A DNA stretch of 64,000 nucleotides from positions 364,321 through 428,320 of the IMG/VR virus record IMGVR_UViG_3300014208_000023; one strand, 5' to 3'. The first letter of the stretch is position 1. Each line of letters starts with the position of its first letter. The notes below the pieces were generated by a model. The model had not been told where the DNA came from, searched no databases, and saw only the letters and a program-made list of their open reading frames with translations. This DNA is from a virus. Taxonomy: Duplodnaviria; Caudoviricetes. Below, piece after piece: positions 1 through 7,574 of the stretch. The position numbers and the translations under genes are program-made.

Positions 1-2
1 AG

Positions 3-1226
3 AGCGGTAATTAGTGTGGATACTTTTTCGCGAACCTTCATAGAAACATCCTTGAAATCAGGATTCTCTATCGTGTCAATTACGAACGGCATCATTTCGT
101 CTGCCGCCTCAACTAGAGTATGTGCCCTAGCTCTCACCAAAGGCATTGCTGCTCGTAGCTTGGCCGAAGTAAAAGCGTCTTCTACCAACCCCTTTTTCTT
201 TAGGAAAGGGAGAAGCATTTTCTCATACTCGTCAGTTGATGTAAGAGCCTCACTTTTAAGATGCTCATACTGCACTGAAGTGAATTTCTTCATGTCGAAT
301 TTGCCATCGTTCTTGCCGCAATCTTCAATTGCGAAAAGATCAATCATCTGGTCAAGAGAAAATATCTCTTGATCTTTATGAGACCATCCAAATCGAACAA
401 GGTAATTAAGAATTGCGTGTGGAGTAAATCCCATCTCTCTAAACTCTGCGACCGACACTGAGCCATCTCGCTTTGAGAGTTTTCCACCGGCCGCGTTCAG
501 AAGCATTGGGAGGTGACAATATATCGGACGCTCTAGTTTTAGAGCATCAGCAATCATTACCTGTTGCGGAGTATTTTTAAGATGATCTGACCCGCGGATA
601 ACGTGAGTAATATTGTCGATGACAAGATCATCAATGCAATTGGCAAAATTGAATAGCGGGATTTCGCTGTGCCGGAGGATAACAAAATCATAGTTCTCCT
701 TATTTGGAACGCTTCTTTTACCAAAAGCAACGTCCTCGTAATCGGTGGTTCCTTCGGTTGGAGCCTTGAATCGGATTACGAATGGCTTATCTAGGCGCTC
801 TTTAATATCCCTACATGTACCGGGATATTTGAATGGATGCTTTGGATTCTTTGCCATGGCCTCGTCTCTGGCCTTGGTAAGCTCCTCCTCGGTGCAATAA
901 CACCTATAAGCGTCTCCCTGCTCAAGTAGCTGCTCTGCATACTTTTTGTATGTAGGAAGCCGCTCCATTTGCGTATATGCCCCTGCTGGACAATTATCAG
1001 TTCCCCATCCCATTGTAGGAGTGAGTCCAAGCCAGTTTAGCTCTGATAGAATCTTTTCAGCACCCTGATCCACTACTCTTGCGGTATCAGTATCCTCAAT
1101 ACGAAGGACGAAATCAGCGTCATACTTACGAGAGAATAGGTAGTTGAAAAGAAACGTCTTGGCATTTCCTACGTGAAGGGTGCCAGAGGGTGATGGGGCG
1201 CAACGCACTCGGAATTTTTTCGACAT
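3..1226 (-). CDS. gltX: Glutamyl-tRNA synthetase (3' end runs off window)
   Basis: Manual translation from ATG at 1226: MSKKFRVRCAPSPSGTLHVGNAKTFLFNY (HIGH-type motif), LRIEDTD, HLPMLLNAAGGKLSKRDG (KMSKS-type motif), LVRARAHTLVE. Open to position 3, so absent from the ORF track. Confidence 0.95.
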   Translation of the reverse strand, partial: MSKKFRVRCAPSPSGTLHVGNAKTFLFNYLFSRKYDADFVLRIEDTDTARVVDQGAEKILSELNWLGLTPTMGWGTDNCPAGAYTQMERLPTYKKYAEQLLEQGDAYRCYCTEEELTKARDEAMAKNPKHPFKYPGTCRDIKERLDKPFVIRFKAPTEGTTDYEDVAFGKRSVPNKENYDFVILRHSEIPLFNFANCIDDLVIDNITHVIRGSDHLKNTPQQVMIADALKLERPIYCHLPMLLNAAGGKLSKRDGSVSVAEFREMGFTPHAILNYLVRFGWSHKDQEIFSLDQMIDLFAIEDCGKNDGKFDMKKFTSVQYEHLKSEALTSTDEYEKMLLPFLKKKGLVEDAFTSAKLRAAMPLVRARAHTLVEAADEMMPFVIDTIENPDFKDVSMKVREKVSTLITA

Positions 1227-1227
1227 A

Positions 1228-1494
1228 TCAGGCCTCTGCTACTATTGAGGTGGCAGTATCTTTTTTAGCTGGCGTAACTTGCTCTTTGCTCTTAATGAAC
1301 GAACAAATCAAGTCATTATCTGAAGCATTCAACTTCAGGTCAGTAGTTGCTCTAACGATCTTTTTCTCAATCGTGTCAAACATAAATTTTCCGGTAGTAT
1401 CGAAATCAGTTAATGATAACTGAATCAATTCTTTTGTCTTTTGTTTTGCATTCAAAACACAAAGCCCATTGCTTAAAAAGCATCTTGTTGTCAT
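1228..1494 (-). CDS. hypothetical protein
   Basis: 88 aa ORF, stop 1 nt from gltX start; start uncertain. Confidence 0.65.
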   Translation of the reverse strand: MTTRCFLSNGLCVLNAKQKTKELIQLSLTDFDTTGKFMFDTIEKKIVRATTDLKLNASDNDLICSFIKSKEQVTPAKKDTATSIVAEA

Positions 1495-1505
1495 TATTTT
1501 GCCTA

Positions 1506-1832
1506 TTAGTTAAGGTGTTTTGGCTCAATAGTAACTGGTTTAAAGTTACTTCCGGCCCAAACCGAATCATATGAAAAACTGGTTATTATTATGGAATAAT
1601 ACTTGGCATGAATATCGGTTAGGGCTGCCGTCACTTCATCATAGATATCGGTAGATCGAACGTCTAGCCTGTCTAGTTGAAGAGATATGAGCGCCCCATC
1701 ATACTCATCTGAGCGCATCGTAATGGTGCCTTGCCTAGCTGCCGGAGCAACTGAATAGCCACGCATAATTAGCTTATGCACTAGGTCTTTTTCGTATGAC
1801 CCTGTTGAAGTAGTTATATGTAGGTGGAACAT
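1506..1832 (-). CDS. hypothetical protein
   Basis: 108 aa ORF in tightly packed operon. Confidence 0.7.
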   Translation of the reverse strand: MFHLHITTSTGSYEKDLVHKLIMRGYSVAPAARQGTITMRSDEYDGALISLQLDRLDVRSTDIYDEVTAALTDIHAKYYSIIITSFSYDSVWAGSNFKPVTIEPKHLN

Positions 1833-1833
1833 A

Positions 1834-2856
1834 TCAACAATACGTCTGGTATTCTTCGGCTTCAGAATAGTTAGTGGTTTTTGCTTTCTTTAGATCTTCC
1901 AGAATAGCAACATGATTATTAGTTACTGCTTGTCCAGTAGTTCCTTCGGAAGCAACTATAGAAAATCCTTTTCTAGCTGTTTTCAGAAAACGCTTGTAGG
2001 CGGCCATGGGAGAGATTTTGAAGAATAGACAAATTCTTTTGATCTCGACCATCAACTCTTCCTGCTCACAAATGCGATCTGGAATCGTACCATCCTCTGT
2101 TTCAAAATCTGAATAGCCGGTTCTCTTATAAACCTTACCGCTTATTGTGTAGTAGCGCTCAAGGCTATCATAGGTCAGATGAATTTGTAGTCGCTCTGAC
2201 GCCTTGCCATATTGCGAACTAGAGCCGCCGACATATCCTGAGTTATAAGACGTAACGCTAGTCACATCTGAAAACCAGACAATAAATGTGAAGTCAGAGT
2301 AGCGTCTATCTTTGGACGTTCCAGAGAACGCGCTAACGGCTTTTAGCTTGCGAAAATGAAAGTCTTCGGTATCCTTAACTTTAGAGGTCGGAATTGCGTA
2401 TAGGAATTTTCTAACTTCTTCTGGCTCCACTTTAGTAAGCTCCTGCTTAATCGGTTCATGCTTAATTGGCTGATACCCAGAACTTGAATTTTTCACTACC
2501 GAATCTGCAACACGAACATTGGCTTCTTCTATGTGCCTGTTCTCAATGTGCATTCCGATATGGCGTGTCAAATAGTCCTGCCTCACGTCATGTGGGCAGA
2601 AATTACATTTGACAAATAGGGCCTTTGCGTCAGGAGAGTTCATTGTTTTATTTACCGTATCATTGTTTGATTCTGATAACTTTATTCGTTCTAGTAGGGC
2701 TAATGGATCCGTAATTTGGCTGGAGGCAATCTTGTATAGATGCTCCTCGTCTCTCCATGCTTTTGGCATGGAATCAGTTCCGGCTAGCCACGTATTGGAT
2801 CTATGGCTGCAATGAAAATATGACGAACATATAGGACAGCGGTTTTTTGTAATCAT
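1834..2856 (-). CDS. Zn-finger-containing hypothetical protein
   Basis: 340 aa; CPICSSYFHCSH and C2H2-like CNFC-x11-HIGMH. Confidence 0.75.
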   Translation of the reverse strand: MITKNRCPICSSYFHCSHRSNTWLAGTDSMPKAWRDEEHLYKIASSQITDPLALLERIKLSESNNDTVNKTMNSPDAKALFVKCNFCPHDVRQDYLTRHIGMHIENRHIEEANVRVADSVVKNSSSGYQPIKHEPIKQELTKVEPEEVRKFLYAIPTSKVKDTEDFHFRKLKAVSAFSGTSKDRRYSDFTFIVWFSDVTSVTSYNSGYVGGSSSQYGKASERLQIHLTYDSLERYYTISGKVYKRTGYSDFETEDGTIPDRICEQEELMVEIKRICLFFKISPMAAYKRFLKTARKGFSIVASEGTTGQAVTNNHVAILEDLKKAKTTNYSEAEEYQTYC

Positions 2857-2895
2857 ATTCTTATATGCACCATTCGTGACATCAACGGCAGAGAA

Positions 2896-3108
2896 TCAAG
2901 AGTGTCCGACGCCAGAACACGACTGCTTATAAGCCTTAATGAAAAGCTCCGCAGACTCATATGTAATGCTATGAACCATTGATTCTTTAATGAAGAGACC
3001 GAACCTTGAATCAAGCTTCATTGCGTTTAGAATGCATGTGCGGCTTGGCTTTGAGGTGAAAAACTTTTCTTTTTCACAAAAATCTAGAATGATATCAGTT
3101 CGTAGCAT
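2896..3108 (-). CDS. hypothetical protein
   Basis: 70 aa ORF. Confidence 0.6.
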   Translation of the reverse strand: MLRTDIILDFCEKEKFFTSKPSRTCILNAMKLDSRFGLFIKESMVHSITYESAELFIKAYKQSCSGVGHS

Positions 3109-3110
3109 AA

Positions 3111-3299
3111 TTACGCTCCTTCTTTTTCTTCGTTTTCAACGGACTCGACCGGATCCTGGCCGTTTTTACGGCAAGATGGGCAGTTATCCTCTAGATATTT
3201 CTGGCGCCTATCTTTGTCTGGATCAAGAACTTTTTTACCGCAATGCCTACAAATCACCGTATAGCAATAATCTATAGTTTTTTTAAGAAGGTGATTCAT
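3111..3299 (-). CDS. small Zn-ribbon protein
   Basis: CRHC...CPSC motifs. Confidence 0.65.
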   Translation of the reverse strand: MNHLLKKTIDYCYTVICRHCGKKVLDPDKDRRQKYLEDNCPSCRKNGQDPVESVENEEKEGA

Positions 3300-3303
3300 T
3301 GTA

Positions 3304-3615
3304 TTAGTTATCTTTCACAAGAGAGTGCTCTTGAATATCGTGAATTAAACATGGGCCAATCATAGGTTCCGCCCACTTCTCGTATCTTTTAATTAGCTCT
3401 TTTAAATCCGCAATGGTTGGCTTATTTAGCCCATCAATAAAATCATCAAGCTCTTTTGAGCTTGGACAATCTTTTTGATTAATGTAGTCATTTTTGACAT
3501 TACGAATTAAAACCTTGACTTCATCTAAAAGAAAAGGTGCAACTTTTTCTTCTTTGTGAAAGCCATGACTGGATACTAGTCCAGCATTTTTTCTGAAGTT
3601 AAGATACAAAAACAT
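3304..3615 (-). CDS. hypothetical protein
   Basis: 103 aa ORF, tight packing. Confidence 0.65.
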   Translation of the reverse strand: MFLYLNFRKNAGLVSSHGFHKEEKVAPFLLDEVKVLIRNVKNDYINQKDCPSSKELDDFIDGLNKPTIADLKELIKRYEKWAEPMIGPCLIHDIQEHSLVKDN

Positions 3616-3617
3616 TT

Positions 3618-5279
3618 TTATCCTATGAATTTATGAAACTTATTTTTCTTACAGAAAGCCTTCCATTCCGAAGGAGAGCAATTTGCTTCCTCAAGAAGAC
3701 TCAACCAATCTGGCTGCTTGAAAATTTCCTTATCCAAGGAGTTTGCTAGCGCCAAAAGCTCAGTCAGTTTTGCTTTCTTTTTGGCCTTTGATTTAAAGCA
3801 GGTTAAAGATGGATCCATCTTCATTTCTGTTTTAATTTCTTCGATTCTATCCTTGCGAGTCTTTTCAAGCTCGACGGCAATTAATTCATTCACCTCTTTG
3901 GTGGTGAGGTTCGGATTTTCTTCCTTAATCTTAATGATTGCGTTTGCTTTGGCTAGCTGATATCTGGTGCTTTTATTTCTCTCACGGTAATCTGCGAGCG
4001 TTTTTTGCAGATTTCTAATTGGAGTTTGCTCCTGATATGCCATTCTTCTGCCCTGCTCAACTCCCATTAAGAATAGTAGGCGCATGACAACATCGAACAA
4101 AGAACGATCGTATTTTTCCTTCTCACGCTTAAGGAACTTTTCAGTAAAATGCTCTTTAGCTGGAGGAAAAATCTTCTTCTCCTGCTTGCCAAGCTCATAT
4201 CCGTTATAATCGAATTTCCATTCGTTAGCGTTTCGGATAAGACGATAACCCTTTTCTAGAATGTTCTTGAAAGGAGCAAAGACATCATTGTATAATGCAA
4301 GCTCGTCTGGCTCATCAGACCACTGCTTTACTTTATTTTTATCTTCGACTTTCTCTTCAAGTTTCTCATCAACATGACGCTCGGCCGCATTGACAATAAC
4401 AATTGGAGACGGCGCAACGCTAGACGCTTCTTGCGTAACTGGCCGCATTGGCGTATTGTTTTCTACATATTCCATAGGTTTTGCTTCATTACTCTTACTG
4501 CGAACGGAATGTTCTACCTTTGATAGCGCCGCGTCGTTAAGATAATAATATTCTTCGCCATTTGGTAGGACCACCGCCGGCCCATCTAGCCTATGGCGTT
4601 TATTATTAACGAACCATTCTTTTGTTCCGTCAAGCCAAACTCTTGCTGGACCAACAGGATTATGAATCATATCGTTGATGCGGTGAAGGTGCAGTAGCTC
4701 CTTACCCATTCTTGGGGGACTAGCCTTTAGCGCCTTGGCTCTAGCTCTCCAAAGAACTTCTGGTTCCGTAGAAGGTTTGCCCATCCAATGCCACGCCACT
4801 ATGGCTTTACCATTAATTGGAGATTTTCTCTCAATAGCGGGCCCATCTTCTCGATGTAGATTGCCCATGTAATACCATTTTGTAGTGCCGTTTATTAACG
4901 TTACTGCCGGAGCGCCTTCGCGATGAAGTTTTCCCTCGAAATACCATAGGGTATCTCCGCAGGATCTAATCACTGCTGGACCATCTGCTCTATGATTCAA
5001 GTTATTGACGTAATATTCTTTGGTGCCGCTAGCGTATTCTACGGCAGGAAGAGAATTGTCTCTATGACGTTTGCCGTGGCGCCACCATTCAGTGGAACCA
5101 TCAGCATGAATGATTGCTGGTCCGGTATCAAAATGAGTTAGTTTATCGGCATCAACGTGTCTAACGGCCGGCTTAAGGCCCGGAATGTCATATACCGAAT
5201 CGCTTGGCGTTGAGCTTCTTACGTCTTCGACCATTCCTAGACGATCTACGAAAGCGGATAGTGACATTCCCTTGTTCAT
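3618..5279 (-). CDS. HR(E/D)DGPA-repeat protein with C-terminal coiled domain
   Basis: Repeated HRADGPA/HREGAPA/HREDGPA/HRLDGPA beta-hairpin units common in large phages and giant viruses. Confidence 0.8.
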   Translation of the reverse strand: MNKGMSLSAFVDRLGMVEDVRSSTPSDSVYDIPGLKPAVRHVDADKLTHFDTGPAIIHADGSTEWWRHGKRHRDNSLPAVEYASGTKEYYVNNLNHRADGPAVIRSCGDTLWYFEGKLHREGAPAVTLINGTTKWYYMGNLHREDGPAIERKSPINGKAIVAWHWMGKPSTEPEVLWRARAKALKASPPRMGKELLHLHRINDMIHNPVGPARVWLDGTKEWFVNNKRHRLDGPAVVLPNGEEYYYLNDAALSKVEHSVRSKSNEAKPMEYVENNTPMRPVTQEASSVAPSPIVIVNAAERHVDEKLEEKVEDKNKVKQWSDEPDELALYNDVFAPFKNILEKGYRLIRNANEWKFDYNGYELGKQEKKIFPPAKEHFTEKFLKREKEKYDRSLFDVVMRLLFLMGVEQGRRMAYQEQTPIRNLQKTLADYRERNKSTRYQLAKANAIIKIKEENPNLTTKEVNELIAVELEKTRKDRIEEIKTEMKMDPSLTCFKSKAKKKAKLTELLALANSLDKEIFKQPDWLSLLEEANCSPSEWKAFCKKNKFHKFIG

Positions 5280-5539
5280 CGGCGTCTATTTCTCTCAAGA
5301 TTTTTGAGCGCATTAATTAGCAGTGATGTCTTTTTTACTTTTGCAGACAACTCTTCTGGAGTTAGCTTATCGAGAACGGCATAGTATTTATTCTGACCGT
5401 TTTCTGTTTGAGCATACTGAAGTGTAGTAGTTACTCCGCTGAATGTCTCTTGAGAGAGAGCGGTTCCGTATTCTTTTCGGAACTTCTCGTCTATATCCAA
5501 GGCCAACTCATAGGATCTATTGAATAAACTTTCAACCAT
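5276..5539 (-). CDS. hypothetical protein
   Basis: 87 aa, ATGA overlap with next gene. Confidence 0.7.
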   Translation of the reverse strand: MVESLFNRSYELALDIDEKFRKEYGTALSQETFSGVTTTLQYAQTENGQNKYYAVLDKLTPEELSAKVKKTSLLINALKNLERNRRR

Positions 5540-5560
5540 TATAGTTTCTTTCTATTAAAT

Positions 5561-5634
5561 TGGTGACCGACCCAGGGCACGAATCTGGATTACCTTACCG
5601 AAGTAAAGCGTTCTAATCATTAAACTAGTCGGCC
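5561..5634 (-). ncRNA. tRNA-Glu-like RNA with UUCG tetraloop anticodon arm, copy 1 (CCA encoded)
   Basis: GGCCGAC TA GTTT AATGATTA GAAC G CTTTAC TTCG GTAAGG TAAT CCAGA TTCGTGC CCTGG GTCGGTC A CCA. Confidence 0.85.
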
Positions 5635-5635
5635 G

Positions 5636-5709
5636 CAGTGACCCTCCCAGGGAACGAGCCTGGATTACCTTACCGAAATAAAGTGTTCTATTCATTAAAC
5701 TAGAGGGCC
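5636..5709 (-). ncRNA. tRNA-Glu-like UUCG RNA, copy 2
   Basis: GGCCCTC...CTTTAT TTCG GTAAGG TAAT CCAGG CTCGTTC CCTGG GAGGGTC A CTG; 1 nt from copy 1. Confidence 0.85.
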
Positions 5710-5764
5710 GTAAAGCATACTTGGAACACTAGGTATGCGAGCTAATAAAATCTAAATTGTTCCT

Positions 5765-5838
5765 TGGTGACCTGTCCAGGGATCGAGTCTGGATTACCTT
5801 ACCGAAGTAAAGCGTTCTGAACATTAAACTAACAGGCC
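5765..5838 (-). ncRNA. tRNA-Glu-like UUCG RNA, copy 3 (CCA encoded)
   Basis: GGCCTGT TA GTTT AATGTTCA GAAC G CTTTAC TTCG GTAAGG TAAT CCAGA CTCGATC CCTGG ACAGGTC A CCA. Confidence 0.85.
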
Positions 5839-5847
5839 GTAACTGAA

Positions 5848-6087
5848 TTATGAATCTTTACCCCACGCCCAAATAGCCCTAACATACATTACCATTATGA
5901 AAATGGACATAACAACCAATGCCATAGAGTGGGTCATTAGTCCCCACGCTACCCACATTGATTCTGCAATCAATGCGATATAGAAACCAACCTTCTTTTT
6001 ATCTCCAATTAAAGAGAGTGCGATAAGTAGAAGTATGCAGCCGCCCCAAGAAAGAATGTTTGGAACGGTGAAAATTGAATTAAACAT
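5848..6087 (-). CDS. small multi-pass membrane protein (PnuC/SWEET-like fragment)
   Basis: 79 aa, three hydrophobic segments with W/G pattern. Confidence 0.65.
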   Translation of the reverse strand: MFNSIFTVPNILSWGGCILLLIALSLIGDKKKVGFYIALIAESMWVAWGLMTHSMALVVMSIFIMVMYVRAIWAWGKDS

Positions 6088-6110
6088 ATTTGCCTTTAAC
6101 TAATTGTTAG

Positions 6111-6183
6111 TTGGGGATATAGGACTCGAACCTATAACTCGCGGATTCAAAGCCCGCTACTCTGCCAGTTGAGTTAATCCCCA
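6111..6183 (-). tRNA. tRNA-Gln(UUG)
   Basis: TGGGGAT/ATCCCCA acceptor (U1-A72), GCGGG CT TTG AA TCCGC, T-loop TTCGAGT. Confidence 0.92.
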
Positions 6184-6284
6184 ATAAGAGGAAATGCATC
6201 ACTTAGTGATTGAGGATTTGATCCCTTAACAATTCCAATGCTACATTTTTATAGGTTTATATAGCGAACCATTTGTGTGCAAAT

Positions 6285-6450
6285 CGGTTTTGGAGGCCGA
6301 TCTGCACTTTTTACTGGTTTTGCAGGCCAACCAGCCAACCTAGATCGGGCTCCACTACTTTATCGCTCTGGTCCTTTTTGGTAGAGTTTAGGTGCTTCAT
6401 TGCCCTCTTTGTTTGTATTCCGAACCAGAGAAGCAGGCCTCCAAAAACGG
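6285..6450 (-). ncRNA. candidate structured ncRNA (multi-branched, about 165 nt)
   Basis: 11-bp closing helix 6288-6298/6436-6446 plus inner helices 6366-6374/6422-6430 and 6314-6319/6329-6334; strand assumed from neighbours. Confidence 0.5.
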
Positions 6451-6495
6451 ACATCTGCCTTACGCTTTGAGTCCGCCCGTTGGAGCGTAAAAACA

Positions 6496-6569
6496 TAGTG
6501 ACCTGTCCAGGGAACGAGCCTGGATTTCCTTACCGAAATAAAGCGTTCTGATCATTAAACTAACAGGCC
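6496..6569 (-). ncRNA. tRNA-Glu-like UUCG RNA, copy 4
   Basis: GGCCTGT...CTTTAT TTCG GTAAGG AAAT CCAGG CTCGTTC CCTGG ACAGGTC A CTA. Confidence 0.85.
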
Positions 6570-6576
6570 TAAATTG

Positions 6577-6762
6577 TTATCCGATAACCACGTACTCTTT
6601 GCCATTAGCAATTTCTTCACAAGTCCCGCCCTTGGTGTAAGGGTTTCCCATTGGTGTCACTCCGGTGCATATGGATGCGTCTTCGGAATCTGCCGAATAC
6701 GTGATGACTAGTGCGTCTTGGTTACACTTCAAGAGCTTTGCAACAATTTCTGATACTTTCAT
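6577..6762 (-). CDS. hypothetical protein between tRNA-like copies 4 and 5
   Basis: 61 aa, MKVSEIVAKLLKCNQDA phage-type N-terminus. Confidence 0.65.
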   Translation of the reverse strand: MKVSEIVAKLLKCNQDALVITYSADSEDASICTGVTPMGNPYTKGGTCEEIANGKEYVVIG

Positions 6763-6792
6763 TTTTTTTCTTTTCTTTCATTTTAGTAGCGT

Positions 6793-6866
6793 TAGTGATC
6801 CTCCCAGGGAATGAGCCTGGATTACCTTACCGAAATAAAGTGTTCTATTCATTAAACTAGAGGACC
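6793..6866 (-). ncRNA. tRNA-Glu-like UUCG RNA, copy 5
   Basis: GGTCCTC/GAGGATC acceptor (compensatory U3-A70), CTTTAT TTCG GTAAGG. Confidence 0.85.
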
Positions 6867-7171
6867 TAAAGATTTATTTCCTCAATGATGGTGAGGTTGT
6901 TATTTTCTTTTTTATAGAGAAGAAGGCTGTTAGCATTGATTTTTTCATTAAGAAAAAGAAGCTTAATTTTCTCACATGTAAGCTTGAATTTCAAAATTAA
7001 GAAATATTCATTTGCAAGAATGTTAATGTTATTTTCTTGCAACAGTCTTTCTAAGTCAAGATTATTGTTTTGGCGAGTGTCAGTTGTTAGGGAAGATTTG
7101 TAACGACTTATAAAGTCGCGCGCGGCTTCTAACGTGTATTCTCCAGTGAAAAATGGTCTATATAAAATCAT
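6866..7171 (-). CDS. hypothetical protein between copies 5 and 6
   Basis: 101 aa, AT-rich; shares TLEAAxx(F/W)I motif with 7254-7574. Confidence 0.7.
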   Translation of the reverse strand: MILYRPFFTGEYTLEAARDFISRYKSSLTTDTRQNNNLDLERLLQENNINILANEYFLILKFKLTCEKIKLLFLNEKINANSLLLYKKENNNLTIIEEINL

Positions 7172-7176
7172 GTTTT

Positions 7177-7249
7177 TAGTGACCCGTCCAGGGATCGAAT
7201 CTGGATTACCTTACCGAAGTAAAGTGTTCTGGCATTAAACTAACGGGCC
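7177..7249 (-). ncRNA. tRNA-Glu-like UUCG RNA, copy 6
   Basis: GGCCCGT TA GTTT AATGCCA GAAC A CTTTAC TTCG GTAAGG TAAT CCAGA TTCGATC CCTGG ACGGGTC A CTA. Confidence 0.85.
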
Positions 7250-7253
7250 GTAA

Positions 7254-7574
7254 TTATATCTTAAATTCTTTTACTATTTCAACTTCTAGGCCACCAAAAG
7301 GAATGCGTTTGGTACGGACGATATATATCGTATCTCCCGTAATCGATTGTGCGCGGGCCAGTCTATCTAAAGCGTCACACTTTGCCGTAGCTCTAACTAT
7401 GAAGCCATAGCCAAGTGCTCCTATAGATTTAGTTGAATTAATGATTTCAGTCATAGAGGTCGCGTTGGATAACGCTGGCGCTATATTAAAATAGCCCCTA
7501 TTCTTCCTTATCCAAGATTCGGCGGCTTCTAGCGTTTTTAGTGACGATAAACTATAACTGGCATATATAAACAT
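7254..7574 (-). CDS. hypothetical protein between copies 6 and 7
   Basis: 106 aa; ATG directly follows the CCA of copy 7. Confidence 0.7.
   Translation of the reverse strand: MFIYASYSLSSLKTLEAAESWIRKNRGYFNIAPALSNATSMTEIINSTKSIGALGYGFIVRATAKCDALDRLARAQSITGDTIYIVRTKRIPFGGLEVEIVKEFKI

Noticed and set aside
16-372. Plus-strand ORF (and most other plus-strand ORFs in the track, e.g. 12707-13297, 32867-33337, 43251-43844, 56924-57439, 61660-62127)
   Set aside because: These are antisense shadows of well-supported minus-strand genes or tRNAs with no recognisable motifs. Only 25849, 26747 and 46284 are credible plus-strand genes.
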